In this document: piece after piece, positions 38,539 to 48,952 of the stretch
Position numbering within the stretch: position 1 is the first letter of the stretch
Layout: the number at the start of each line of letters is the position of its first letter
From: an uncultured bacterium
GTDB taxonomy: Bacteria > Planctomycetota > UBA1135 > GCA-002686595
Length of the DNA stretch: 64,000 nucleotides
Assembly: GCA_943787795.1 (NCBI GenBank)
Contig: CALSNU010000007.1
Coordinates: forward strand, 64,001-128,000
Direction of reading: 5' to 3'
Notes under the pieces: model-generated
Database searches by the model: none
The model's input: the letters and a program-made list of their open reading frames with translations, nothing else
What the model was told of the DNA's origin: nothing
Position numbers and translations under genes: made by a program

Positions 38539-39750
38539 TCAGAGGAGCGGCACGGCGACGGCGCCGGTGAAGTTTGAGACGGCGCTGCCGCCGACGGAGT
38601 CGCGGTGCCAGGCCTGGAAGTTCCAGGTCTCGCCCGGCATGGCGGAGACGGAACCGGTCGGCGTCGGAAGGGCCCCCAGGTCGATCTCGAGGCTGAACGT
38701 GCCAGTGGACCCAGAGGACTGGATCTGGCCGGGGCCAACGTAGCGACCGATCGAGCCGCCGAGGCAGAGGTCACCCTGGCTGCCACCCGGGTTCGCCGTG
38801 AAGCCCTGCGTGTCGGAGACGAGGAAGAACCCGAAGGCGTTCTGCGGGAGCGAGGACGCGCGCAGCGTCATGTCGTGGTCGCCGATGAAGCGGCTTCCGT
38901 CGGCCTCGATCGCGCCGCCGACGCCGGTCGAGTTGATCGCACCGTTGCAGTAGACCGCGCCCGGATCGAGGGAGCGCGGGAGCCACGCCGCGGCGCTCGT
39001 GGATGTGGCGCCAGAGGCGTTGATGCCGTGCGGAGCGTCGTACGTCCCGGTGCCCAGGTTGAAGACCTGCGGCGGGAACGTCGGGTCGTCGTCGATGAGG
39101 TAGACCTTGTTGTTGCCGACCGTGCACCCGTCGACGTCGGCCGAGCCAGAGATGTAGGCGGAGCCGGGGACCGGGGTGGCCGTCCCGGCATCGATGTCGA
39201 TGGCTACGATCTCAAGGGCGATATCTTCAGGGGCGTAGAACAGGCCGTCTGCACGGTTGAAGCCCAGGCCGCTGATGGAGGCTGAGATGCCGTTCGTGCT
39301 GTAGGAGATGACCTGGGTCGCCACGAGCGTGTTGGGATCGAGCTCATAGAGACCGCGGGCCGTCGAGGGAGCGCCGAACGGCGGGAAGGCGAGCGCGAGG
39401 ATCAACCGGTCGTTGATGCTGTCGTAGCCCATGCCGTCCCAGCGGTAGAGGCCGCCGGTGTCGGTCACGATCGGGCCGACGTCGACGGGCCCATTGGGGC
39501 TCCCGTACTCCCACGTGGAGAGGCGACCGGGGGTGCCGCCGACCAGCCACATGAACTGCTCGGCGTCATTGGCTGCAGCACCAAAGACCTCGAACAGGTC
39601 GAACTGGAGCAGGGGGGAGACCGTGCCGGTCTCGACTTCTTCGAGGTAGGACTCTCCGAAGGAGAAGCCACCGTAGAGCTGAGCAGAGGCCGGGGCGCAG
39701 AGGGCGAAGGCCAGCAGGGAGGAGCCGGCGACAGTGATGGTGGAGTTCAT
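38539..39750 (-). CDS. Secreted beta-rich (propeller-like) protein with shared C-terminal domain
   Basis: Signal peptide ending ASA-Q; C-terminal PGGSQGDLCLGG and GETWNFQAWHRD; start moved to 39750. Confidence 0.8.
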   Translation of the reverse strand: MNSTITVAGSSLLAFALCAPASAQLYGGFSFGESYLEEVETGTVSPLLQFDLFEVFGAAANDAEQFMWLVGGTPGRLSTWEYGSPNGPVDVGPIVTDTGGLYRWDGMGYDSINDRLILALAFPPFGAPSTARGLYELDPNTLVATQVISYSTNGISASISGLGFNRADGLFYAPEDIALEIVAIDIDAGTATPVPGSAYISGSADVDGCTVGNNKVYLIDDDPTFPPQVFNLGTGTYDAPHGINASGATSTSAAAWLPRSLDPGAVYCNGAINSTGVGGAIEADGSRFIGDHDMTLRASSLPQNAFGFFLVSDTQGFTANPGGSQGDLCLGGSIGRYVGPGQIQSSGSTGTFSLEIDLGALPTPTGSVSAMPGETWNFQAWHRDSVGGSAVSNFTGAVAVPLL

Positions 39751-39836
39751 ATGGAGGAGGGAGCGGGGGCTCGGGCGTGTCGGGACTCTTGGCCCGAGCT
39801 GGGGATGTAGCCGAATACGGATTCGCAATAATCAGG

Positions 39837-39853
39837 TGGTGAGCGTATCACCA
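39837..39853. promoter_or_regulatory. Palindromic operator candidate
   Basis: TGGTGA-GCGTA-TCACCA in an AT-richer divergent intergenic region. Confidence 0.4.
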
Positions 39854-39923
39854 ATTTCGAACTCTGGAGAAGTTTCTGGAAACCTTGACCTCGCACCTGG
39901 CCGGTCTGGGGGATGATCTTGAC

Positions 39924-41159
39924 ATGTCCAGGCGGCAGACTCAGCGGTCCGTGTCGAGCCGCACCGACCCCATCCCCTCGAATTCGGGGTTCGAATCCGA
40001 GGCGTCCACAGCCATCCATGCCCTCCGGCGGCATCTGGATGGGGTCATGAGCCTGTTGCCAGGTCCCATCACGCGCGCCTCCGAGCTCCAGCACGCGCTG
40101 GAAGTGGACAAGGCGCTGGCATGGCGAGTGTTCAACGCGGTGGAGTGCCCCGACGCCTTCACCGCAGCTCGCTACCTTCCGCGCTCCGCGGGCATCCGCT
40201 CATTCCTGGTGGCCGCTCGCAGGAAGGGAGTCGAGTCCAGCGCGCTCGAACGAGTCAACGCTGCGGTGGAGGCTCTTGATCGCGTCGTGAAGTCGCACGC
40301 GGGGGACCGCAAGCGCTTCGACATGCTCCTCGCGGCGCACTCGGTGGAGGGAAGGCAAGAGGCGGACCTCGCGCATCGCCGGATCGCCTTTGAGGGGAAC
40401 TCCTACGTCTGGGGCGCCTCGGCCGATGTGCAGCTCCGGAGCGCCTTCCTCGCGCCCTCAGCCGACAGGGGATTCGCAGACATGGCCAATCTCCGCGGCC
40501 TCCTCGGGCTCGAGTTCCTCCGCCCCGCGATGTCATGGCCGGTGGGTATCACTTGGCCGAGGCAGGACGACCTACGCACGACCAGGGAGGCGTCGATCGA
40601 GCCGCTCTTCGACCTGGATGACGCGCCTGATGATGCCGCTTCGCTCTTCTTCAGCGATCCCGGGCTCCGCGTGGAGTCGCGCGTGAGCGAGGGGGGAGGC
40701 CGGCAGTACATGGTCTCGACCGAGCGAGTCGGTGCCACCGGCGCGATCTCATGCGTCACCGGCGACGTGGTCCGGCCGGTTGGCCCGCTGACGGCGGAGG
40801 AGGGCAGCCGCAATGCCGGCGCCATGGCGACCATCTCCTGTCCGGTCCGGCTCCTCATCCTCGATGTCCTGGTCCACCGGAGCCTCTTCCCAGGGGTCGT
40901 CCCGGATGTCGTGATCCGGAGCGACTTCTCGCCCGGCTACGAAGGCCAGAGCCACCCGATGCCCCTCACCGAGGCCCCGGTCTTCATGGGGCCGGCGACC
41001 GGCCCGATTCGGACCTCCGAGGTGCCCCGGTATGACGAGATGCGGAGCTTCGTCTTCGAGAATGTGGGCTGGAGCGCGTCGGAATTCGACGTCTTCCGGC
41101 TCAGGGTCGAGTACCCGATCCTCTCGACCGCCTTGGCGCTCAGCTTCAAGCTGGCCTAG
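39924..41159 (+). CDS. Hypothetical protein, possible HTH regulator
   Basis: Long ORF with genome-typical codons; RASELQHALEVDKALAWRV looks HTH-like; start uncertain (39885-39924). Confidence 0.6.
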   Translation: MSRRQTQRSVSSRTDPIPSNSGFESEASTAIHALRRHLDGVMSLLPGPITRASELQHALEVDKALAWRVFNAVECPDAFTAARYLPRSAGIRSFLVAARRKGVESSALERVNAAVEALDRVVKSHAGDRKRFDMLLAAHSVEGRQEADLAHRRIAFEGNSYVWGASADVQLRSAFLAPSADRGFADMANLRGLLGLEFLRPAMSWPVGITWPRQDDLRTTREASIEPLFDLDDAPDDAASLFFSDPGLRVESRVSEGGGRQYMVSTERVGATGAISCVTGDVVRPVGPLTAEEGSRNAGAMATISCPVRLLILDVLVHRSLFPGVVPDVVIRSDFSPGYEGQSHPMPLTEAPVFMGPATGPIRTSEVPRYDEMRSFVFENVGWSASEFDVFRLRVEYPILSTALALSFKLA

Positions 41160-41177
41160 CCGACGCCTGGCTGGGCT

Positions 41178-41534
41178 TCAGCGGTTCATCCACCAGCCCA
41201 TGGCGACCGCGCTCGCGAGGAGCAGCATGGGCTGCCCGACGCGAAAGACCGCCTTCTGGGTCTTGTGCCTGAGGGACTGCATGGCGAGCACCCCCGCCAG
41301 CCCCCCGCCAAGGAGCGAGAGGAGGTGGAGCGTCCACTCGGGCACCCGGAAGCCCTCGCGCCGAGCCTGTCGCTTGTCGACCCACCAGACCGGATAGGTC
41401 ACCAGGTTGATCCCGATCCACCAGCCGATCAGCAGGGCCCCGCCGACGTACTTGTGAAAGACCCACCCGATGGCGGTCGCGATGAGGAGCGCGGGCAAGA
41501 GGGTGTAGCGGACAGGGTGGGCTCGCAGGCTCAT
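41178..41534 (-). CDS. DUF1294-family membrane protein
   Basis: DKRQARREGFRVPEWTLHLLSLLGG...RHKTQK. Confidence 0.88.
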   Translation of the reverse strand: MSLRAHPVRYTLLPALLIATAIGWVFHKYVGGALLIGWWIGINLVTYPVWWVDKRQARREGFRVPEWTLHLLSLLGGGLAGVLAMQSLRHKTQKAVFRVGQPMLLLASAVAMGWWMNR

Positions 41535-42124
41535 GATGCTTCGACCCAGTTTTGTTCGCCGATGAAGCGTCGCCACGCAGCGGGCTTCTCGGCGCCCGTC
41601 ACCTCGAAGATGGGTGACCAGGCGGGGGGCTTGGGTTCCTGGAGGAGGATCATGCCGACCTCGGAGGCCAGCTTGTTGCCCTTCCGGCGATTGCATCGAA
41701 GGCAGGCGAGGACACAGTTGGCCCAGGAGGTCTCGCCGCCCTTGGAGCGCGGGATGACGTGGTCCACCGACAGCTGCGCCTGGCCCGGCTGCTTCCCGCA
41801 GTACTGGCATCTGGAGAGGTCTCGGCGGATCAGGTTCTTGCGAGTGAACGGCAGGGATTGCCTGGGGATGCCGCTGAAGGAGTTCAGGACGATCACCTCC
41901 GGGACTCGGAGCTCGAGCCGCACGGTCGAGATGGACAGCTCCCCCTCGGGAACCTCCAGCCCAGACCAGCTCTGGAAGTCATGGACCTCAAAGGTGTCTG
42001 GCTGGACGACCATGGCGGCCTCGGAGTAGAGGAGCCGCAGAGCGTTCCTCACGGGGGTGGACGCGATGGCCAGCCAGGCGCGATTCAGCACCAGCGTGTC
42101 TCGGCAAAGCGCTGAGTCCGTCAT
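41531..42124 (-). CDS. HNH endonuclease
   Basis: TLVLN, CQYCG, VDHVIPRSKGG, WANCVLACLRCNRRKG. Confidence 0.92.
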   Translation of the reverse strand: MTDSALCRDTLVLNRAWLAIASTPVRNALRLLYSEAAMVVQPDTFEVHDFQSWSGLEVPEGELSISTVRLELRVPEVIVLNSFSGIPRQSLPFTRKNLIRRDLSRCQYCGKQPGQAQLSVDHVIPRSKGGETSWANCVLACLRCNRRKGNKLASEVGMILLQEPKPPAWSPIFEVTGAEKPAAWRRFIGEQNWVEAS

Positions 42125-42345
42125 GGCTTGCGGCGGACCTCGGCGCGCCCTGAGCCAAGGCTCGGTGTCCACTGTTCCTCCTGAGCTCCGCCCATGCCTC
42201 CAGGATAGGTCGAAGGGGCCGGTGATTCATGGTCGGAGACCAGGCTGTCGCAGGCAGCCCCGCACGTCGTCTGAAGCGGGCGGGCAGGCCGATCGAGCGC
42301 TCCCACGTAGTGGATGCTGCCCAGGGTCCTTAGATTGGGAGGCAG

Positions 42346-43017
42346 ATGGCCTCAGACGAGCATGGATCACCGGGGGGCGCCCCGCCCCCCTTCGAAGCCG
42401 AGGGCCCGGAGTCCGAGTGGAAGGAGCGGCTCCCGCGCCCTGAGCGCATCGCGCGGACCATGTCGGCCTTCGCCAACGGCGTCGGCGGCAAGATCTGGGT
42501 CGGGGTGCGGGACGATGGCGCCGTGATCGGTGTCGCTGACGCCGCCGAGACCGCGGGAGAGCTGCGCCGGATCGCGAGTGACCTCGTCGCGCCCTCCCCG
42601 GCGCTCCGGGTGAAGACGGTCCGCTTCGCCCGGGTCGCGCTGGTGGTCGCCGAGGTGGGCGCCTCCGAGGTCCGCCCGGTGTTGGCGCCGGGCAGGGACG
42701 GCAGGCTCGCGCCATTCGTCCGCGACGGATCGTCCACGCGCCCCGCGCCGCGCGCGATCCAGCGGGTCTGGTCGAGAGGTGCATCTCGGGTCTCGCTCGA
42801 CGCGCGCGAACGCCGGCTCCTGCGCGAGATCCGTCTCCGTGCGCAGGACGGAACCTCGGGGCCGGACCTCAAGGAGCTCGCCCGGGCATCGCGGGTGGGG
42901 CAGCGCGCGGCGCGTCGGGCGCTCGTCCAGCTCCAGGCTTCAGGTCTCGTGGCGGAGCGAACCGCGGGGCACTTCGGGCTCACGCCCGAGGGGCACTCGC
43001 GAGCCCGACGTCGTTGA
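42346..43017 (+). CDS. Schlafen AlbA_2-domain protein with C-terminal HTH-like region
   Basis: EGPESEWKE, SAFANGVGGKIWVGVRDDG. Confidence 0.85.
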   Translation: MASDEHGSPGGAPPPFEAEGPESEWKERLPRPERIARTMSAFANGVGGKIWVGVRDDGAVIGVADAAETAGELRRIASDLVAPSPALRVKTVRFARVALVVAEVGASEVRPVLAPGRDGRLAPFVRDGSSTRPAPRAIQRVWSRGASRVSLDARERRLLREIRLRAQDGTSGPDLKELARASRVGQRAARRALVQLQASGLVAERTAGHFGLTPEGHSRARRR

Positions 43018-43155
43018 TTGGACTCGACCTACGGCCGATGCCGTCAGCGCGAGGATCAGGGCGCGCCGAATCGTTGGGCCGCGTTACGATGGTCCCTCGC
43101 TTCGTCTCGCTTGAACTCCATCACTGACCGCGGCCCGGGTGGGCCCGGAACCCCC

Positions 43156-44739
43156 ATGTCACGACCGATTCACCGCGCACTGATCTCCGTCTCCGACAAG
43201 AGCGGCCTCGAGAACTTCGCCCGCCAGCTCGCGGACTACGGGGTGGAGCTGCTCTCCACCGGGGGCACCTACCGGGCGCTCGAGGAGGCGGGAATCACCG
43301 TCACGGAGGTGAGCGAGCACACGGGCTTCCCGGAGATGATGGACGGTCGGGTCAAGACCCTTCACCCCACGATCCACGGGGGCCTGCTGTCCGTGAGGGA
43401 CAACGTCGCGCACGTGGCGGCAATGGACGAGCACAAGATCGCGCCGATCGATCTGCTCGTGGTCAACCTCTACCCCTTCGAGGCGACCATCGCGCGCGAG
43501 GGCGCGACCCGGGACGAGTGCGTGGAGCAGATCGACATCGGCGGCCCCGCGATGGTGCGCTCCGCCGCGAAGAACCACCGCTTCGTCGCCGTCGTCACGG
43601 AGCCGGAGCTCTACGGGCGCGTGCTGGATGAGCTCGCCACCAACGAGGGGGGGATGAGCGACGGCTTCCGGCGCGAGCTCGCCCAGCGGGCCTTCTCTCG
43701 TACCGCGGCCTATGACACGGCCATCTCCACTTGGATGTTCCAGCAGGACCACGAGGAGGCCTCGGAGGAGGCCTTCGCGAGCACCTTCGCCCTCGCGGGC
43801 TCGAAGCAGATGGAGCTTCGCTATGGCGAGAACCCCCACCAGAAGGCGGCGTTCTATCGCACCGAGCCCCGCCCCGAGCCTTGCGCGGCCCACGCTGAGG
43901 TCCTGAACGGGAAGGCGCTCTCCTACAACAACCTCGTGGACCTCGACGCGGCTCACGCGCTCGCGGCGGAGTTCGACGGGCCCTTTGTCAGCGTCATCAA
44001 GCACACCAACCCCTGCGGGGCGGCCGAGGGAGCGTCGATCTCGGAGGCGCTCGAGCGCGCCTGGTCAGGCGACCCCATCAGCGCCTTCGGCTCGGTGCTC
44101 GCGTTCACCCGCCCCCTGGACCTGGCCTGCGCCACATTCCTGGTCGAGGGCAATCGCTTCGTCGAGGCGATCATCGCACCGGACTTTGATGACGACGCCT
44201 TCGAGCTGCTGACCCGCAAGCCGAAGTGGGGCAAGAGCGTGAGGCTCCTGGCCTGCGGCGCCTTCGGCCCCTCGTCCCGAGCGGGCGACCAGTACGAGGT
44301 GAAGAAGCTCGCGGGTGGCTTCCTGGTTCAAGACCGTGACCTGTCGATCGAGACCGAGTTTCAGGCGGCCGGTGAGGCTTCGGCGTCAGCGGACCAGCTC
44401 TCCGAGCTCGCGTTCGCGAACAAGATCTCCAAGCACGTCAAGTCCAACGCGATCGTGCTGACGAGTGACCGCACGGTCGTCGGCGTCGGAGCTGGCCAGA
44501 TGAGCCGCGTGGATTCCGTGAGGATCGCCGCCCACAAGGCGGGCGACCGGGCGTCGGGGTCGGTCCTCGCCAGTGATGCGTTCTTCCCGTTCCCCGATGG
44601 GGTCGAGGCGGCCATTGACGTCGGCGTCGCGGCGATCGTTCAGCCCGGCGGTTCTGTCCGGGACGCCGAGGTCGTGAAGGCGGCTGACGCCAAGGGGGTG
44701 CCCATGCTCTTCTCGGGCGCCCGTCACTTCCGCCATTGA
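43156..44739 (+). CDS. purH: Bifunctional AICAR transformylase/IMP cyclohydrolase
   Basis: RALISVSDK, RVKTLHP, YGENPHQ, SDAFFPF, RHFRH; start moved to 43156. Confidence 0.98.
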   Translation: MSRPIHRALISVSDKSGLENFARQLADYGVELLSTGGTYRALEEAGITVTEVSEHTGFPEMMDGRVKTLHPTIHGGLLSVRDNVAHVAAMDEHKIAPIDLLVVNLYPFEATIAREGATRDECVEQIDIGGPAMVRSAAKNHRFVAVVTEPELYGRVLDELATNEGGMSDGFRRELAQRAFSRTAAYDTAISTWMFQQDHEEASEEAFASTFALAGSKQMELRYGENPHQKAAFYRTEPRPEPCAAHAEVLNGKALSYNNLVDLDAAHALAAEFDGPFVSVIKHTNPCGAAEGASISEALERAWSGDPISAFGSVLAFTRPLDLACATFLVEGNRFVEAIIAPDFDDDAFELLTRKPKWGKSVRLLACGAFGPSSRAGDQYEVKKLAGGFLVQDRDLSIETEFQAAGEASASADQLSELAFANKISKHVKSNAIVLTSDRTVVGVGAGQMSRVDSVRIAAHKAGDRASGSVLASDAFFPFPDGVEAAIDVGVAAIVQPGGSVRDAEVVKAADAKGVPMLFSGARHFRH

Positions 44740-44825
44740 GCCTGCGGGGGCTCGTCGGGCCCGGGGGCGTCCTCTCGCAGGGTTCCGCGCTCAAGGGGCT
44801 TCCCCGCTCTCGGACCCTCTTGCCC

Positions 44826-45683
44826 TCAGGGGGCCTCGTCCGTCGTAGCCCTCTCGTCTAGGAGCGCTCCGTACCCCTCCCGGAAGGATGGATAGCGGAA
44901 CTCGAAGCCGGTCGAGGCGAGCCGTCCGCAGCTCACGCGCCGGTCACCGCTGCCCTGGCGGACGGGTGGGGCCGCCGAGGTCAGGAGCTGGGTGTTGAGC
45001 CGAGACGCGAGCCACTTGAGCACGTCGGAGCGCCGGGCCGGGTGGGGGTCGACGACGTTCAGGACGGGGGGTTGAATCGATCCGGTGGCGAGGTGGACGA
45101 TCGCCCGCGCGGCATCGTCCCGGTGGATCCGGTTCGTCCAGTGCTCGATGGTCGCGGCGGGGAATGGGCGCCCCGAGCGAAGCGCGTCGAGGAGGAAGGT
45201 CCGCCCGGGGCCGTAGATCCCGCCGAGGCGAAGGCTGGTCCCGGTGAACTCGCTCGCGCGGAGCACGTCCTCCGCCTCCAGCATCGCGCGCCCGGTAAAC
45301 GTCGTGGGCTGGACCTCGGTGGTCTCGTCCACCCAGTCGCCCTCCGCGTCCCCGTAGACACCGGTGGAGGACACGAAGAGGGCGCGGGCTCCGCTCGAGC
45401 CACTCTTCTTGACCGCGCGCAACACGTTCGCGAGGCCGATCGGGTACGCATCCTGATAGGCGCCCTCCTCCCTGGCTCCTGCTGAGACGCAGTAGATGAC
45501 CGCGTCGACCGCGGGCGGCAGGATCAGGGACGCAGGGTCGGTGACGTCGCCCTGCAGGAGGGCGACGTCAGGGGGCGCCGGAGCGGCGCTCCGCCGGACT
45601 CCGAACACCTCGTGGCCCCCGTCTGCGGCGAGGGATGCGACCTTCGCGCCGAGGTCGCCGAGGCCGGCGATCAGGATCCGCAT
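44826..45683 (-). CDS. Atypical SDR / NAD-dependent epimerase family (YeeZ-like)
   Basis: ILIAGLGDLG, SSTGVYG, LRLGGIYGPGR, NRIHRDD. Confidence 0.88.
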   Translation of the reverse strand: MRILIAGLGDLGAKVASLAADGGHEVFGVRRSAAPAPPDVALLQGDVTDPASLILPPAVDAVIYCVSAGAREEGAYQDAYPIGLANVLRAVKKSGSSGARALFVSSTGVYGDAEGDWVDETTEVQPTTFTGRAMLEAEDVLRASEFTGTSLRLGGIYGPGRTFLLDALRSGRPFPAATIEHWTNRIHRDDAARAIVHLATGSIQPPVLNVVDPHPARRSDVLKWLASRLNTQLLTSAAPPVRQGSGDRRVSCGRLASTGFEFRYPSFREGYGALLDERATTDEAP

Positions 45684-45710
45684 TGGACGATCAGAGCCAC
45701 GCCCTTGGGA

Positions 45711-47657
45711 TCAGCGGCGCCGCCTCCGACGGAAGCCGCCGCGCCGACCGCCACCGCGCCGCGGACCTCCGGCGCCGGTCGGCCCGCGGTCACGGCGGAT
45801 CATGGTGGTGGGGTTACGCTCGTCGCGTTGCCCGGCGTTCTTCTCGAACTCCATCGCGACGCCCTCGTGTACGTCGAACGTGGTGGCGTTCGGGTGGATG
45901 GAGATGGCGCCGACATCCGAACCCTGGACGTTGCCTCGCCGGCAGACCTGGGCGAGCACCTTGGACGGGTTGGCGCCCTTGAGCGAGCCCCAGTTGATGA
46001 AGAAGCGCACCATGCCGGGGGCGGAGACGCTCCCTTGGTCGTACCGATCACCGCGTGGTTGGCTGTCGTAGCGCTCGTTTCCGTGACCTGAACCGCCGCC
46101 GACGTCCCGCGCCTTGGCGCGACGCTTCTCACCGAGCCGGGCGAGAAGCGCGGCCACCAGCCGGGGACCCTCGTACTCCTCGAGGAGCGAGTTCGCGTGC
46201 TCCAGCAACACCGCCTTGGGCTCCTTCTGGAGCGCCTTGTCGAGCTCGGCTCCGAGCTTGGCCCTGAAGCGCTCTTGCAGGACCGCTTCGACCTCGGCTG
46301 CGGGGGGGAGCGGGCGCCACTCGAGCTCGACGCGAGCGTCCGCGAGGAGGTAGCTGAGCTTGCGCCGACGGTTCGGCGGCGCGAGCAGGATGCTTCGACC
46401 CGTCTGACCGGCCCGGCCGGTCCGCCCACTCCTGTGAGTGTAGACCTCGGGGTCGATGGGGGGCGAGGTGTGGATGACTGTCGTGACGTCGGGCACGTCC
46501 AGTCCTCGCGCGGCCACGTCGGTGGCGACGAGGATCGTGGCGCGACCGTTCCTGAAGGCCGCCAGCGTGTGGTTGCGTTGGCTCTGCGCCAGCTCGCCGC
46601 TCAAGGGGAGGGCGGAGAAGCCGTCCTCGGAGAGCATGGTCGCGACCTGCGCCGCGTCAGAGCGTCGCTCGACGAACACGAGTACGCGCTCCTCGCCGGC
46701 GAGCAGCAGGAGGTTGACCAGCGCGGTGTAGCGGTCCGAGCGCTGGACGAGGTGTCCGATGTGCTCGATGTTCGCGTTGGCCTCCCCAAGAGCGGTGCCT
46801 TCGACGGACACGGGGTCCCGCTGGTAGCGCTCGGCGAGCCGCTCGATCCCCGGAGGGAACGTGGCGGAGACCATGTGGGTGCGACGCTCGCCGGGCGTCG
46901 CGTCGAGGATGGTCTCTAGGTCCTCGCGGAACCCCATGTCGAGCATCTGGTCCGCCTCGTCGAGCACGAGCTCGCGAGCGTTACCGAGGTCGAGGTTCTC
47001 GTTCGTCAGGTGATCGACGAGGCGCCCAGGGGTCCCGATCAGCACCCGCGGTTCATTGCGCAAGGTGTTCTTGTCCTGGAAGATCGGCGTGCCCCCGGTG
47101 ACGGAGGCGACGATCGTGTCCTCGAGGTCAGCGAAGAGCCAGCGGAGCTCGGTCGAGACCTGCTGCGCGAGCTCTCGGGTCGGCACCACGACCAGCACAT
47201 CCGGGCCACGGTCGCCGCGGGGCTCCACGAGGACGCGAGCGACGACGAGTCCGAGGGCGACGGTCTTGCCGGAGCCGGTCTGGGAGGAGATGCGAAGGTC
47301 GCTGGCACCGGAGTCGGCCGCGAGGACGGCGGACTGGACCTCGGAGAGCTCCGTGAAGCCGCGTCGCTGAAGGGCCGGCTGGAGCGCGGCGGGGACCTTC
47401 TCGAAGGGGCTCGGTTGGGCGTCCTCGACGGCGGCATCCGCCGCGTTCTCTTCATGGGCGTCCTCTCCATGTGCGTGCGAGCCGTGGGAGTCAGCGCCTG
47501 CGTCGTGGGCACCCGCCAGGTCCCCTGCTCCGGGGGCGGCGTGCTCGAGTGACCCCTCTCCAGGCCCCTCTGGGCGTTCTTCGGGCGTGCTCGGCTGACG
47601 CTGCTCGGACGAAAGGTGCTCTTCGGCGCCTTCCGGCGCCGTCATTTCAGGGTCCAT
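45711..47657 (-). CDS. DEAD-box RNA helicase, DeaD/CsdA-like, with DbpA-type RNA-binding domain
   Basis: SQTGSGKT, DEAD, SAT, HRSGRTGR, C-terminal RFFINWG...VGAISI; start moved to 47657. Confidence 0.92.
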   Translation of the reverse strand: MDPEMTAPEGAEEHLSSEQRQPSTPEERPEGPGEGSLEHAAPGAGDLAGAHDAGADSHGSHAHGEDAHEENAADAAVEDAQPSPFEKVPAALQPALQRRGFTELSEVQSAVLAADSGASDLRISSQTGSGKTVALGLVVARVLVEPRGDRGPDVLVVVPTRELAQQVSTELRWLFADLEDTIVASVTGGTPIFQDKNTLRNEPRVLIGTPGRLVDHLTNENLDLGNARELVLDEADQMLDMGFREDLETILDATPGERRTHMVSATFPPGIERLAERYQRDPVSVEGTALGEANANIEHIGHLVQRSDRYTALVNLLLLAGEERVLVFVERRSDAAQVATMLSEDGFSALPLSGELAQSQRNHTLAAFRNGRATILVATDVAARGLDVPDVTTVIHTSPPIDPEVYTHRSGRTGRAGQTGRSILLAPPNRRRKLSYLLADARVELEWRPLPPAAEVEAVLQERFRAKLGAELDKALQKEPKAVLLEHANSLLEEYEGPRLVAALLARLGEKRRAKARDVGGGSGHGNERYDSQPRGDRYDQGSVSAPGMVRFFINWGSLKGANPSKVLAQVCRRGNVQGSDVGAISIHPNATTFDVHEGVAMEFEKNAGQRDERNPTTMIRRDRGPTGAGGPRRGGGRRGGFRRRRRR

Positions 47658-48010
47658 GATGTGGTCCACGTGGGGCTTCTTGCCCCGTAACGGATTGCGG
47701 CGTCTTCGCCGCTCTGAAGGACCTGTCGATGGCCCCGATGATGATGATCGCGCTTCTTTGCTCCGGACTTTCAACGCCGGGCCGTTTCTCGCGCTTGCTC
47801 TGACACGAGCGTAGCCCCGTGTCCGAGGCGAATGTGGAGGACGGGGCGAGAAGGTCGGGATTCCCTGGACGGAACGACCGATTCGCCTCAGATCGAGCGC
47901 CAGGGGGATGCTCGCCGGCGCCGACTTGAGGAGCAGCCAGGGTTGCGGGGTCAGGGCGCAGCTCGGCCCAGTTGGCACGCTCGGAGCGGGTGATCGGATA
48001 GAACGAGGGA

Positions 48011-48952
48011 ATGAAGAAGCCCTTCCATGGCCTCGTTGCAGCGCCGCACACGCCCTTCGTCGATGAGAACGGTCAGGGCGGTGCCGTGCACCTTGGGGCC
48101 GTCCCGGCGCAGGCGGAGCACCTGGCCCGGGATGGGGTCAGCGCGGTCTTCGTGGCCGGCGCGACGGGTGAAGGCGCTTCACTCGGTCTGGATGAGAAGC
48201 GAGACCTGTTCGAGGCCTGGGCCGAGGCTGGGCCGGCGGCAGGCCTCCGCGTCATCGCCCAGGTCGGCGGAGAGAGCCTGCGCGACGCTTCGCGCCTGGC
48301 CGAGTTCGCCGCTGGCCTTCAGGGCGTGGAGGCGCTGGGTGCGATCTCGCCCTGCTTCTACCGGCCGGCATCCGCGGAGCTCGTGGCGCGCTCCATCGGC
48401 GAGATCGCCGCGGCGGCTGGCGACCGCGCGCTGTACTACTACGACATCCCGGCGCTCACGGGCCTCCCCTTCAGCGGCCGGGAGCTCGCGCGGGCGTTTG
48501 GCGAGCACGCCCCCGGGCTGCGTGGGATCAAGTGCAGCCGGTACGAGGGCTGGCATGTGCAGGACTATCTGAGCGCGCACGGCGGCGCATACGACGTGCT
48601 CTGCGGGACGGATGAGGCCCTGCTCTCTGCCCTGAGCCTCGGGGTGGAGGGTGCGGTCGGCAGCACCTACAACTTCGCCGCGCCGCTGTTTCATCGGATC
48701 ATGGCGGCGCACGCGGCCGGCGAGATGCAGCGTGCCCGCGAGTTACAACGGGTCTCGATTGACCTCGTCCAGACCCTCGCGTCCTTCGGCTACATGGCCG
48801 CCGCGCGCCGCACGATGGCGCGGCTCGGCGTCCCGCTCGGGCCCCCGCGGCTCCCGATCGCTGGTCTCAATTCAGAGGGCAGCTCGCGGCTCGACGCGGC
48901 GCTCGACGCGCTCGATCTTGAAGGGACCGTCCGCGCTGGGGTGGACCGTTGA
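48011..48952 (+). CDS. nanA: N-acetylneuraminate lyase-like (DHDPS family)
   Basis: AGATGEG, YYYDIPALTG, GIK, GAVGSTYNF; adjacent to Kelch-SSS gene. Confidence 0.75.
   Translation: MKKPFHGLVAAPHTPFVDENGQGGAVHLGAVPAQAEHLARDGVSAVFVAGATGEGASLGLDEKRDLFEAWAEAGPAAGLRVIAQVGGESLRDASRLAEFAAGLQGVEALGAISPCFYRPASAELVARSIGEIAAAAGDRALYYYDIPALTGLPFSGRELARAFGEHAPGLRGIKCSRYEGWHVQDYLSAHGGAYDVLCGTDEALLSALSLGVEGAVGSTYNFAAPLFHRIMAAHAAGEMQRARELQRVSIDLVQTLASFGYMAAARRTMARLGVPLGPPRLPIAGLNSEGSSRLDAALDALDLEGTVRAGVDR

Noticed and set aside
43018..43155. ZTP (pfl) riboswitch upstream of purH
   Set aside because: Conserved GACUGGCG and CGCCUGGG segments not found
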